Source of the DNA: an uncultured Myxococcales bacterium
GTDB taxonomy: Bacteria > Myxococcota_A > UBA9042
Length of the DNA stretch: 64,000 nucleotides
Direction of reading: 5' to 3'
NCBI GenBank assembly: GCA_903840165.1
Contig: CAIMEY010000075.1
Span: 44,365 to 108,364 of the forward strand
Of the stretch, positions 16,515-25,897 are shown piece after piece. Below the pieces are notes generated by a model. It did no database searches and was not told where the DNA came from. It saw only the letters and a list, made by a program, of their open reading frames with translations. Positions within the stretch are counted from its first letter, which is position 1, and the number at the start of each line of letters is the position of its first letter. The position numbers and the translations under genes were made by a program.

Positions 16515-18974
16515 CTACTTCTTAGCGTTTCCTGACTTTTCTGGGCCGGACTTTGCCTGCTTGGCCGGGGCAGGCTTGGCTGGCGCTTTGCCCGGCGGCG
16601 GGGGCGGCGGCATCTTGAGCGGTTTTCCATCGGCACCCACGGCGTCACGCGGCGGAATTGGCTTGCCCTCCGTGACGGCTTTGGCCACTTCTTGGCGACG
16701 GTCTTCTTCCTTTTTCTCCTGATCTTCCAAGGCTTTGATGGCCGCCATCTTCTTGGCGACGTAAGCCTCTTCCTCTTTGCGTTTGCGCTCCTCGGCGGAC
16801 ACATCGACGGTGCCGTCCGACGCCTTTTTGACCCAATCGTCGTCCTCAACCAACCGGTATTGCCCCATCTTTTCAAGGTCTAAGGCCTGCGTATGCTCGC
16901 CAATCGCCACCGGTTCATCGGCCGTGACCGGGGCAGCTGTGGCACCTAGGGCCGCCATCCGCGCCAACTCTTTGTCCAGATTGGAAATATCCAGGACGGC
17001 AGTGCCTTCGCCTTGGGCCTGCTTGAGCCGCGCCGCCCAATCCAGGTCCCGTTTTTGCTGCACATCGAGGTCCAGGACCCACCCGACCATGTGCGGATAA
17101 CTGCCGATTTCTTCCCATGATTCCAACGGGAAATGCGTCCGCCACAGCAGCGTTACCAGGCCCGCTTCGACCTCAACCACCACGGTGTCCAGGGGCATGT
17201 CGCGTCGCTCAACCCCGCGCCCACGGTCCAGCTCCCCTTGTAACACCCGACCGGGCAAGCGAAAAAGCAGCTCGCCATTCTTGGTGAGGTTGCTCAGCTG
17301 CACTTCTTCATCGCCGACGACTTCGGGCCACTGCATCACCGGCGTCGCGCTGTTGAAGTAGGCCGGCCTCATGCCTTGGGGTGGAGATTGCTTATCCAGT
17401 TCACGCAGTTGGCGAACGTCGTCGGGCTTTTCTAGGTCCAAGCTGCGCTTGTAGGCGTCGATCTGCGCAGGCCACAACCCAAGGGCCGAAGGCATGGGCC
17501 CGGCGTAGCCCACGCGCGGTTGGGCTTGGCGCGGATAGGTCGAAAAGCCAGCTGGCAAAGGGACTTTGTCCAGCGCCATGACGTCACGGACCACATCGCC
17601 TGGCGTCAGCGGCACCAGCGGATCTTCGATTTGCGGCAGCTCAGTGCGCGCGATCACCGCAGGATGATTGCTGATCAGAAAACCGCGGCCAAAGGGATTG
17701 GTCGGGCAGGTCAGTTGAGGAAACTCAGCCAAAGCTTCGTTTTCTTTCTTCTTTTTCTCGGCAGCCAACTTCTCGCGGCGGTCCTTGTTGCGCAGGTCAT
17801 CGGCCCCGATCTCCTGGCGCAGGTTGACATCCCATTGCACCGGCACCGGCTCGTCGTCTTCTGGCATCGCATCAAGGACTTGCGTGCCATCGTTTTGCTG
17901 GACCGCCTCCCGCGCGCGTTTGCGGGCCGCCTTGGCCAATTCCTCGTGACGCTGGGCCTGCTCAGCCGCCGATTGCTCAAGCTCTTTGCTGAGTTGCGCG
18001 TCGTCCAAGATGGCCACTTGATCGTCCACCTCGATCCAATCGCCGAGCGCATTCTGGCGCAGTCGACGGTTGCCGTCTTGCTTGCCCTCAGCCGCCAGTT
18101 GAGCAGCAAGATCATCGGCTTGCTGCTTCTCGCGGATCGCCCGGGCCATGTCGGCCAAGCGCTGTTCGTCGAGTTCTTCCAGGTTGAGGACCGCGGTGCC
18201 GTCCTTAGAGGCGGCCTTGTCCCAAAGACGCACGCCTTCGTCATCAAACCCTTCAGAACCATCGCCGAATTTAAGTTTTTCGTCCTTCTCTTTGTTCTTG
18301 CGCCGCGCCGCCTCGCCTAGGGACTCAAAGAGCTCTTTGTCCTTAGCTTCCTTCGCTTTTTTCTCCTCCTCGGCCTTGCGCGCTGCCTCTGCGTCCGCGT
18401 TCTTGGCGTCGTCCTGCTTTTTCTCTTCATCCATCTGTGCTTGCACGGCGCGCTGCAGCTTGAGCACCTCGTCATCTGGAACCGCCCACGTCGTGCCGCC
18501 ATAGGCCAGCGTGAGACTCAGGGGCAAGTCCTTGATCGGCTCGGGCTCGCTAAAGCGCGGCGGCTGTGGCTCAAATTGGTTATCCTTGGCCTTTTTTGCC
18601 GGTGTATACAGCAGCTTACGCGGGCCTAGGATGTGCAACTGGCGCTTGCGGTCGCCGATGCGCACGCCGCACTGCCAAGCCGATTGTGCTTTGCCACCAG
18701 GGGCATAGGTCTTGCCGATGACAATGACGTCGACATGGGCCTTTTCCGGCACCAATTCCGCTTCCAGGGTCGGCGGCGCCACGTCCGGCTTGCCCTCGTC
18801 GCAGCGGTCCTGATCGAGAAAGGGGGGCTGCTCTTCGTCGGGTAGTGGCTGTAATTCTACGTCATCTTTGGCGATTTTGTAGGTTCGTCGCGCCAAAACA
18901 TGAATGGCCAAGGTGCCGTCGCAGCGTTCCGCCGGCAAGAGGTGCACCCAGTATCCTTTGCGAAGATCGGCCAT
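16515..18974 (-). CDS. DUF2169-like N-terminal domain protein with long Lys/Glu-rich coiled-coil region and Pro/Lys-rich C-terminal tail
   Basis: N-terminus EKAHVDVIVIGKTYAPGGKAQSAWQCGVRIGDRKRQLHILGPRKL resembles the DUF2169 core (TDVLLLGHAYAPGG...L.V.G.R.W); central EEKKAKEAKDKE/KRKEEEAYVAKKMAAIKALEDQEKKEED repeats; ends PPPPPPGKAPAKPAPAKQAKSG. Confidence 0.6.
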   Translation of the reverse strand: MADLRKGYWVHLLPAERCDGTLAIHVLARRTYKIAKDDVELQPLPDEEQPPFLDQDRCDEGKPDVAPPTLEAELVPEKAHVDVIVIGKTYAPGGKAQSAWQCGVRIGDRKRQLHILGPRKLLYTPAKKAKDNQFEPQPPRFSEPEPIKDLPLSLTLAYGGTTWAVPDDEVLKLQRAVQAQMDEEKKQDDAKNADAEAARKAEEEKKAKEAKDKELFESLGEAARRKNKEKDEKLKFGDGSEGFDDEGVRLWDKAASKDGTAVLNLEELDEQRLADMARAIREKQQADDLAAQLAAEGKQDGNRRLRQNALGDWIEVDDQVAILDDAQLSKELEQSAAEQAQRHEELAKAARKRAREAVQQNDGTQVLDAMPEDDEPVPVQWDVNLRQEIGADDLRNKDRREKLAAEKKKKENEALAEFPQLTCPTNPFGRGFLISNHPAVIARTELPQIEDPLVPLTPGDVVRDVMALDKVPLPAGFSTYPRQAQPRVGYAGPMPSALGLWPAQIDAYKRSLDLEKPDDVRQLRELDKQSPPQGMRPAYFNSATPVMQWPEVVGDEEVQLSNLTKNGELLFRLPGRVLQGELDRGRGVERRDMPLDTVVVEVEAGLVTLLWRTHFPLESWEEIGSYPHMVGWVLDLDVQQKRDLDWAARLKQAQGEGTAVLDISNLDKELARMAALGATAAPVTADEPVAIGEHTQALDLEKMGQYRLVEDDDWVKKASDGTVDVSAEERKRKEEEAYVAKKMAAIKALEDQEKKEEDRRQEVAKAVTEGKPIPPRDAVGADGKPLKMPPPPPPGKAPAKPAPAKQAKSGPEKSGNAKK

Positions 18975-19057
18975 GGCCTGGTCAAACTAGCCTTGGCGGA
19001 CGGAACTGGCAAGCGCGTCTGCAGGCGGGTATGCTGGCACCGCCTTTGGAGGTCCTC

Positions 19058-20875
19058 ATGGTCAGCCGTGCTATTTGCGTTATCCTGCTGCATTTACTGG
19101 TTATTCTTGGCATTGCGTCACCGGCCATGGCCGCGGACTGGCAGGCCCAGGCGACCGAGTTCTTGCAGGCGTACAATGCGAAATATGTAGGCTTAGTTAC
19201 GGTCGCCAACGCTGCGGAGTGGGCGGCAAGCACCAACGTTTCCAAGCAGACGGAAGACAAACGCACGCAGGCCGACGAAGCGCTGGCGATCTTTCGCGGC
19301 GATGTCAAAATCATCCAACAAACTAAGGAGTTGCTTGGCCACGCTGCTGCGCTGACGCCTAGTCAGGTCAGGCAGTTGCAAAAGGTGCTGCTCGGTGCGG
19401 CACAAAATCCTGCGACAATTCCAAAGGTTGTCAAAGAGCGGATCGAGGCGGAAAGCCGGCAGGCTTCGGTTCAAGACGGCTTTGTCTATTGCGCGCAAGC
19501 CAAGGCCGCCGATGGCAGTTGCGCAAAGCCGCTGATCGCCAATGATTTGGATGAGGTACTGCGCAATAGCCGCGACCTTAGCCAGCGGTTGCAAACGTGG
19601 AACCTCAGCAAGGAAATCGGCAAGCCCCTCAAGCCGGGCCTAGAGAAGCTGCAAAAGCTGCGCAATCAGATCGCGCGCGAGATGGGCTACTCGTCGTTTT
19701 TTGCCTTGCAGGTTGCGGAGTACGACATGACCGTGCCCGAGATGCTGGGCCTGCTCGATGGTCTGCTTGACGACATGCAGCCCCTGTACGACGCCCTGCA
19801 CACGTGGACTGCCCGAGAACTGGCGCGGCGTTACAGCGCGCAGGTGCCCAAGGGCTCTATCCCCGCGCATTGGTTGACCAATCGTTGGGCGCAGAACTGG
19901 GTGGCCTTGGCGCCCGGTGTGGACCTCGACCACTACTTTGCCGATCGCAAGCCCGAATGGATCGTTCAACAAGCTGAAAACTTTTACGTTTCGATGGGCA
20001 TGCCTAAGCTGCCTGCCACGTTTTGGCAGAAGTCGGACTTGTATCCGGTGCCGGCTGGCGAAAAGCGCAATAAAAACAGCCATGCTTCGGCGTGGCACAT
20101 GGACCTGGACCAGGACGTGCGGTCGCTGATGAGCGTGCAGCCCGACAGCGAATGGTTCTCCACCGCGCACCACGAATTAGGGCATATTTACTATTACTTG
20201 AGCTACAGTCGGCCCCAAGTCCCCGTGCTGTTGCGCGAAGGGGCCAACCGCGCTTTTCATGAAGGCATTGGCGAGTTGATCAGCATCGCCGCTACGCAGC
20301 TGCCCTACCTACAAGCCCAAGGGATTATTCCCAAAGATGCCAAGATCGACCAGAACGCTTGGCTGCTCAATGAGGCGCTCGAGCACACCGTGTCGTTTAT
20401 TCCCTGGTCGGCTGGCGTCATGACGCGCTTTGAATACGAGCTCTATGAGCACGACTTGCCGGCCGACAAGTGGCAGCAAACCTGGTGGAATCTTGTGGAA
20501 AAATACCAGAAGGTTTCCCCGCCCTCGGCCGATCGTCGCGGCGATCCGCTGGCTTGCGACGCGTGCACAAAGACGCATATCAATGATGACCCGGCGCAAT
20601 ACTACGACTACGCCATCGCCACCGTGCTGAAGTACCAACTGCACGCCTACATCGCCAAGAAGATCCTCAAGCAAGACCCGCACTTCTGCAATTACTACGG
20701 CAACAAGCAGGTGGGCGATTTCTTGCGGCACATTCTCGAACAAGGGGCGACCCGCGACTGGCGCGTGGTGCTGCAGGAAGCGACGGGCGAGCCCCTGTCG
20801 ACGCGGGCGATGGTCGAATACTTCGAGCCGCTGGGCCGTTGGTTAGAGGCGGAAAATGCCAAGGCTGCTAAGTAG
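19058..20875 (+). CDS. Peptidase M2 (angiotensin-converting-enzyme-like peptidyl-dipeptidase), secreted
   Basis: Zinc site HHELGHIYYY...HEGIGELIS matches ACE HHEMGHIQY...HEAIGD; ATG at 19058 follows GGAGG and starts signal peptide MVSRAICVILLHLLVILGIASPAMAADW. Confidence 0.8.
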   Translation: MVSRAICVILLHLLVILGIASPAMAADWQAQATEFLQAYNAKYVGLVTVANAAEWAASTNVSKQTEDKRTQADEALAIFRGDVKIIQQTKELLGHAAALTPSQVRQLQKVLLGAAQNPATIPKVVKERIEAESRQASVQDGFVYCAQAKAADGSCAKPLIANDLDEVLRNSRDLSQRLQTWNLSKEIGKPLKPGLEKLQKLRNQIAREMGYSSFFALQVAEYDMTVPEMLGLLDGLLDDMQPLYDALHTWTARELARRYSAQVPKGSIPAHWLTNRWAQNWVALAPGVDLDHYFADRKPEWIVQQAENFYVSMGMPKLPATFWQKSDLYPVPAGEKRNKNSHASAWHMDLDQDVRSLMSVQPDSEWFSTAHHELGHIYYYLSYSRPQVPVLLREGANRAFHEGIGELISIAATQLPYLQAQGIIPKDAKIDQNAWLLNEALEHTVSFIPWSAGVMTRFEYELYEHDLPADKWQQTWWNLVEKYQKVSPPSADRRGDPLACDACTKTHINDDPAQYYDYAIATVLKYQLHAYIAKKILKQDPHFCNYYGNKQVGDFLRHILEQGATRDWRVVLQEATGEPLSTRAMVEYFEPLGRWLEAENAKAAK

Positions 20876-20981
20876 TTGGCGGCGGTACGCTGGACGGGTA
20901 ATGCCTAGTCCGCGCGGGATTCTTGGCCAATGTCCGCTGCACTGTTACGCTGGGTTCGCACGGTTGGGGGAAAGGCAAAGT

Positions 20982-22103
20982 ATGGGTAAGCGCACTTATG
21001 AAAACTTGCTGATACTACTGGGATTTATGACTGCTGGCATGGCCATCGCGGTGGACGCGCAAGCCCAATCAAACGCGCAAGCCCAATCAAACACGCAAGG
21101 GGGCACGCCTGCAGCAGTCACCGCGCCGACTACCGCAGCGCCCGGTGTTGCGCTACCGACTGCCACGTCCGCAACGGTCGATCCGTCGGAAGTTATTAAG
21201 GAATTGACACCGGTCTTCACGCAACACGAGCACGACAAGCAAACCCCAGCCGCGGTGCTCCAGCAGTTCAACCGACTGGCGGCGGCCCATGAAGCGGCCA
21301 AGGATCCCAAGCAAGCCCGCAAGATCTGGCAACATGTGCTGATCGCCTTTGAGCGTGGTGCCTTTGCGCGTAGTGGCGAACCAGAGGCGACGGCGGCGGC
21401 TGAGGCCCATTGGCAGCTCTTGCAAGCCTCGGTGACCAAAGGCATGTCTGTGTCCTTTTCGCCCAAACCCGGGGCGGCCCATCCCTGGGCGGACATGCGC
21501 GCTTTGCTGGAGGAAACGCTGGAACACACCCTGGGGCCCAAGGGCAAGCCGATTGCCGGGATTGCGGAGCCACGGGCGGGAGGCGTTGTTGACCAACTCC
21601 TTCAAACGACAGAGTTTCATGCGCCAGCGTGGCAGGCCAAGGCCGGGCTACAGGCGGGGCGCCTTCTGCTCAAGCAAGCGCGGGCCATGCGCGATGCGGC
21701 GCGACCCAATAGCACTGAGGAAGGTGTTGCTGTGGAGGCCCATTTTCAGCAACATTCCAAGCAGTTTGATGAGCGTGCGGTCTTTATCCTCGAAGACACG
21801 TATCGCGCAGCCGAGGCTGTGGGCGGCGGCGTCATTGCGCAAGAAATTCGCACGGATCTGCGGGCGGAGCTGCACAAACTCAAGCCCAAGGAATACCCAC
21901 TGGCTGAGGACTCTGGTTCTCAGGAAAACATTACGCCTGGCCAGTTAGAGGCCTCCAAGGCGGCTAGCCTAGCCCAAGCGGCCAGCAGTTTAGCTTTGAA
22001 AGTCAAGTACTTGGAGAAAGCAGTGAAGCTCGATCCGCAAAACAACCGCTATTTGGAACTGCTCAATCAGGCCAAAGCGGAGTTAGAAGCCGAGCGGAAG
22101 TAA
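20982..22103 (+). CDS. Secreted hypothetical protein (Ala/Gln-rich, helical)
   Basis: ATG 20982 after GGGGGAAAGG; signal peptide MGKRTYENLLILLGFMTAGMAIAVDAQA; tandem AQAQSN repeat; TPR-like C-terminus. Confidence 0.5.
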   Translation: MGKRTYENLLILLGFMTAGMAIAVDAQAQSNAQAQSNTQGGTPAAVTAPTTAAPGVALPTATSATVDPSEVIKELTPVFTQHEHDKQTPAAVLQQFNRLAAAHEAAKDPKQARKIWQHVLIAFERGAFARSGEPEATAAAEAHWQLLQASVTKGMSVSFSPKPGAAHPWADMRALLEETLEHTLGPKGKPIAGIAEPRAGGVVDQLLQTTEFHAPAWQAKAGLQAGRLLLKQARAMRDAARPNSTEEGVAVEAHFQQHSKQFDERAVFILEDTYRAAEAVGGGVIAQEIRTDLRAELHKLKPKEYPLAEDSGSQENITPGQLEASKAASLAQAASSLALKVKYLEKAVKLDPQNNRYLELLNQAKAELEAERK

Positions 22104-22123
22104 CAGAACCACTTGATTTCTCA

Positions 22124-22597
22124 TTACTTACAGCCGGAGCCGGTGCAGGAATTGCTGCATTTGCCGGAGCCCGTGCAGGTCGCCGTGCAGTCCTTGCTGC
22201 AACCGCTGAGGTCGCAAGCGCCGGTTCCCGAACAAGCCATCTTGCACGCATTTCCCGTGCAATTGAGCGTAGTTGTTCCGCTGCCGGTGCCGTAGACTTG
22301 GCATTTGCCGTCGCCGCCGCAGGCAAATTCGCAGGGGCCACTGCCGGCGCAGGTCAAGGTGCACGCTCCCTCAGGACACGCGTAACTACAAGGGCTTGAG
22401 TCCGTGCAGACGCAAGGCGTGCTGGGGTAGCAGGTGCGCACGCCTTGGGCGGTATTGACCTCGCATCCGCTGAGAATTGCCCAAAATCCAAGGACATAGA
22501 TGGGCAGGCCCAAGCCGAAAGCCCAGGATGGCTGACCATGGCCAAAGCGCCAGCGCCATAGGCCCCAAAGTACCTGTATCCACGGCAAACGGTTCAT
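22124..22597 (-). CDS. Small Cys-rich lipoprotein
   Basis: ATG 22597 after GGAGGA; signal/lipobox MNRLPWIQVLW...WAILSGC; C-terminal half with about 30 Cys (CTGSGKCSNSCTGSGCK); the longer ORF to 23017 is an artefact. Confidence 0.5.
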   Translation of the reverse strand: MNRLPWIQVLWGLWRWRFGHGQPSWAFGLGLPIYVLGFWAILSGCEVNTAQGVRTCYPSTPCVCTDSSPCSYACPEGACTLTCAGSGPCEFACGGDGKCQVYGTGSGTTTLNCTGNACKMACSGTGACDLSGCSKDCTATCTGSGKCSNSCTGSGCK

Positions 22598-22779
22598 CAG
22601 GGTCCTCCGGCCCCTATGCTGGCAGTTGCTGCCGGCGCCAGCAAGGGCCCATGCCCGGGCGCAGGTGGTCGTTGTGCGCCTAATATATTGAAAGGACTCA
22701 GTGATTTTGCCAGCACTTGCCATTGGTCTGCGGGTGGCGATGATGCGCCATCGGTCCCGCTTGGACGAGTTGGAGTTGC

Positions 22780-24111
22780 GTGCGTCGCCTGATCGCCATG
22801 AGCTTGACCATTGTTGTCTTGGTGATCGCCAGCACCGTGGTGCTCTTTGTGCAACTTCGCCAATCGGCAGAGGAAACTCTGTTGGCCCGGGGCCTTGATC
22901 GCGCTTCGGCCCTGGCCATGGCCGCGCGAACGGTTGCGCCGGACGACGGCGTACTGCAGCGCCTTTCCTCGCAACTACTTGACACAACGGTGCTTCACTC
23001 CGTGGTGTTCGACCCAAGAGGCCAACCGCTGACGGCCGCCGATCCAGCCCCGGCCACAGTGGAGGAGGCGGCTACCATCGTTCAAGCCGTTCTGCAGTCT
23101 AACCATTGGCAAGTTCAGAAGAAAGAGGCATGGCTGGCCCTAGACGAATACCGCCTGTGGTACCCGCTGAACGCCGGGCCGGCTGCCGTTCAACTGCAGC
23201 CCGGGCCGCCGACGGGTGGGCCGCGGGTGCTGCTCTTGTCTCTCGACACGACGGCGGCGCAGGCCATGGTGCGCAAGGCGCAACTCCATGCATTTATGAT
23301 TACAGCACTTTTGGCCCTACTGCTGGCCCTGACCGTGCGCCAAGTGCGCCTGGACGCGCGGCAGCGGCAGCAGCGACAACAGCAAGAACAGCAAAGGCGC
23401 TTCTTGGAATTAGGACGTCTATCCGCGGTGTTGGCGCATGAGGTGCGCAATCCCCTGGGGGCCATCAAGGGATTTGCCCAGATCACCGCCGTGCGCTTTG
23501 ACGCCGACGACGACGCGCGGGCCGATATGGACGTAATTGTGAGTGAATGCGAGCGGTTAGAAAGGCTGGTGGAGTCCCTGCTGCGCTACGCCCGGCCTCT
23601 GAGCCTGCAAAGGCAGGCGACAGATGTTTCTGAATTGCTTGATCAAGTCGTCAAGTTGGCGCTGCCGGCCGCGGCAAGTCCGCAGCACACCGTTCACGTG
23701 GCCGTGGCGAGCGCGCCGGTGCTGGCCGACCTCGATCGGGCGCAGATGACCCAAGCCCTGATCAATATCGTGGGCAACGCGCTGCAAGCTATTGGTCCTC
23801 AAGGGGAAATCTGGGTATCGGCCTGGACCGAGGGTTCGACATTGTGGCTCGGGGTCGAAGATGATGGGCCCGGCATTGCGCCGGCGATTCGGCATGAAAT
23901 CTTCGAGCCTTACGTGACGAGCAAAGCCACTGGCACAGGCATCGGTCTAGCCATCACACTGCGCATCGTCCAGGCGCATGCCGGTGAAATCATTGTATTT
24001 GAACGCAATCCGCACGGCACACGCATGGTGGTGAGCCTGCCGAACGCTGTGCTCAGGGGTCAGTTGCCCCAAGCCTTAGCGGCGACCGTCAAGCCAGAGG
24101 TATCGACCTAG
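22780..24111 (+). CDS. Sensor histidine kinase (two TM segments, periplasmic sensor, HisKA + HATPase_c)
   Basis: H-box LSAVLAHEVRNPLGAIKGF, N/G boxes (NIVGNALQAI, DDGPGI, GTGIGLAI); Gln-rich coiled coil after TM2; GTG 22780 or ATG 22798 start. Confidence 0.8.
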   Translation: MRRLIAMSLTIVVLVIASTVVLFVQLRQSAEETLLARGLDRASALAMAARTVAPDDGVLQRLSSQLLDTTVLHSVVFDPRGQPLTAADPAPATVEEAATIVQAVLQSNHWQVQKKEAWLALDEYRLWYPLNAGPAAVQLQPGPPTGGPRVLLLSLDTTAAQAMVRKAQLHAFMITALLALLLALTVRQVRLDARQRQQRQQQEQQRRFLELGRLSAVLAHEVRNPLGAIKGFAQITAVRFDADDDARADMDVIVSECERLERLVESLLRYARPLSLQRQATDVSELLDQVVKLALPAAASPQHTVHVAVASAPVLADLDRAQMTQALINIVGNALQAIGPQGEIWVSAWTEGSTLWLGVEDDGPGIAPAIRHEIFEPYVTSKATGTGIGLAITLRIVQAHAGEIIVFERNPHGTRMVVSLPNAVLRGQLPQALAATVKPEVST

Positions 24112-24198
24112 CGGCAATTGTTTGGGATTGTGCCGCAGCCCTTGGACCGCCGGCCCAAAAGACCTACCCGGGAAATTGTCCAATCGTATTGAGGTTCT

Positions 24199-25551
24199 AT
24201 GACCGAGACTTCGTCCACTGTTGACCAGGCAAAGGCGCGCTTGCTCGTCGTTGATGACCAGTCCGCTTTTCGCCGCCTGCTGCTCCGCATCCTTGCCGAG
24301 GCGGGCTACGAACTGTTTGAGGCGGCCGATGCGCAGACAGCCCTTGAAATGGCCAAGAAAAACGCCGTGGATGTGGTGATTACCGACATCCGCATGCCTG
24401 GGCAGGACGGCCACGGATTGCTTGCGAATCTGCGGCGCGACCTCCCGCAAACGCAAGTGATTTTGCTGACGGCCTACGGTTCGGTGCCCGATGCTGTGGA
24501 GGCGATGAAGCACGGTGCTTGTGACTATCTGACCAAACCTCTTGCCAATCCTGAGGAATTGAGATCGGCTGTTCAACGGGCCCTGCGTCATCGGCGGTCT
24601 TTGCAGGAGCCCCAAGCCCGGGGGCCTGATCCCGAATTGCAACTGGTTTGGGCCGATCCGCAGATGAAGCAAGTCTATGATTCTCTTGTGCGTTTGGCGC
24701 CGACCTCTGCCACGGTCCTACTGCAGGGGGAGACGGGCACGGGCAAGGAAGTGGTGGCGCGGACCTTGCATCAGCTATCCCCTCGTAAAAAGGAGGCTTT
24801 TGTTGCGGTCAATTGCGCCGCGCTGTCCGAAGGGCTGCTCGATTCCGAACTTTTTGGCCATGAGAAGGGGGCCTTCACTGGGGCGGACAGGCAGAGGCAG
24901 GGGCGCTTTGAACTGGCCAATGGCGGTACCCTGCTACTGGATGAAGTGGGCGAAATGAGTCCACTTCTGCAGGTCAAGCTGCTGCGGGTGCTGCAAGAGC
25001 GCAACGTCGTGCGCGTGGGCGGTCATGCCACCCTTGCTGTGGATGTGCGGGTCATTGCTGCGACGCACCGCGACCTGCAAGCAGCAGTGTTAGCAGGGAA
25101 TTTTCGCGAGGATCTCTACTATCGTCTGGCCGTCGTGCCCGTGCGGGTGCCGCCGTTACGGGAGCGTCGTGGCGATATCCTTGTGCTGGCGGAACATTTT
25201 CTGCAGCAACTCAGTCGCCGTTACGGTCGGCAACACATGGTGTTGGATGCTGAGGCGAAAAACGCTTTGCTTGCCTACGTTTGGCCGGGCAATGTGCGCG
25301 AACTCTACAATGTCATGGAGCGAGCCTTGGTCCTGACGACCGGTTCGGTGCTCGGGACTCAAAGCCTCAGCATGGACGGACAACTAGCTGTTTTACAGGC
25401 GGAAACGCCAGTCAACCTGCGCGACATGGAACGGCAGGCCATCCTGCGGGCCCTGGAGGAGTGCGGGGGAAATCGGCGAATGGCGGCGCAGCGGCTCGGC
25501 ATTGGCCTGCGGACTTTGCAGTACAAGCTCAACGACTATGAGTTGCGGTAG
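24199..25551 (+). CDS. Sigma54-dependent response regulator (NtrC family: REC + AAA+ sigma54-activator + Fis-type HTH)
   Basis: REC LLVVDDQSAFRRLL...DVVITDIRMPGQDG; Walker A GETGTGKEV; GAFTGA motif; C-terminal HTH RRMAAQRLGIGLRTLQYKL. Confidence 0.9.
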   Translation: MTETSSTVDQAKARLLVVDDQSAFRRLLLRILAEAGYELFEAADAQTALEMAKKNAVDVVITDIRMPGQDGHGLLANLRRDLPQTQVILLTAYGSVPDAVEAMKHGACDYLTKPLANPEELRSAVQRALRHRRSLQEPQARGPDPELQLVWADPQMKQVYDSLVRLAPTSATVLLQGETGTGKEVVARTLHQLSPRKKEAFVAVNCAALSEGLLDSELFGHEKGAFTGADRQRQGRFELANGGTLLLDEVGEMSPLLQVKLLRVLQERNVVRVGGHATLAVDVRVIAATHRDLQAAVLAGNFREDLYYRLAVVPVRVPPLRERRGDILVLAEHFLQQLSRRYGRQHMVLDAEAKNALLAYVWPGNVRELYNVMERALVLTTGSVLGTQSLSMDGQLAVLQAETPVNLRDMERQAILRALEECGGNRRMAAQRLGIGLRTLQYKLNDYELR

Positions 25552-25807
25552 GCGGCTGTGATTCAGCCGACTTCGATCGACGCCCCGAAGAACGCAGGTC
25601 ATAGCCGCCCAAGGCCTCGACATCGCGCTGGAAACTTGGACTTCCCCGTACCTCAAGTAGTCGCGCCATCCGCGAATCGAGACTGGCGGCCGCCGGGGTC
25701 GCCTCGCTAATGTCTATTTTTTAAGCATGTCGGAATTTCAATCACAACGCCACGCCCGCCCCTCCAGGTAGCCTCCAAAATTTCAAGCAGTTGTCGGATC
25801 GTTCTCT

Positions 25808-25823
25808 TGGCACGCCCCTTGCA
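25808..25823 (+). promoter_or_regulatory. Sigma54 (-24/-12) promoter TGGCAC-N5-TTGCA upstream of the MYXO-CTERM gene
   Basis: Exact match TGGCACgccccTTGCA about 75 nt upstream of the 25898 start, immediately downstream of the sigma54 activator gene; an unusual AT-rich tract with a T6 run lies upstream at 25700-25750. Confidence 0.65.
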
Positions 25824-25897
25824 TTTGCTGTGTACTCAGAGACAATCCTGCGCAGCCCGCCGACAGGGCTTCGCCCAGCACCCAGGGGGAATCGCTC

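Noticed and set aside
19031-19046. Sigma54-like TGGCAC-N5-TTGG next to the M2 peptidase start
   Set aside because: The -12 element is GG rather than GC, and the motif overlaps the RBS/start codon so the TSS would fall inside the CDS.
21056-21095. 18-nt tandem duplication (gcgcaagcccaatcaaac x2)
   Set aside because: It lies in-frame inside the CDS 20982-22103 and encodes an AQAQSN repeat. This is a simple coding microduplication, not a regulatory repeat or CRISPR.
22581-22600. 17-nt identity (ggagaccctgatgaaccg-like) at the translation-initiation regions of the minus-strand genes starting at 22597 and 52753
   Set aside because: A 15-17-mer coincidence is expected by chance several times in 2 x 64 kb of GC-biased sequence. 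Both are simply GGAG-type RBS plus ATGAACCG (Met-Asn-Arg) starts.
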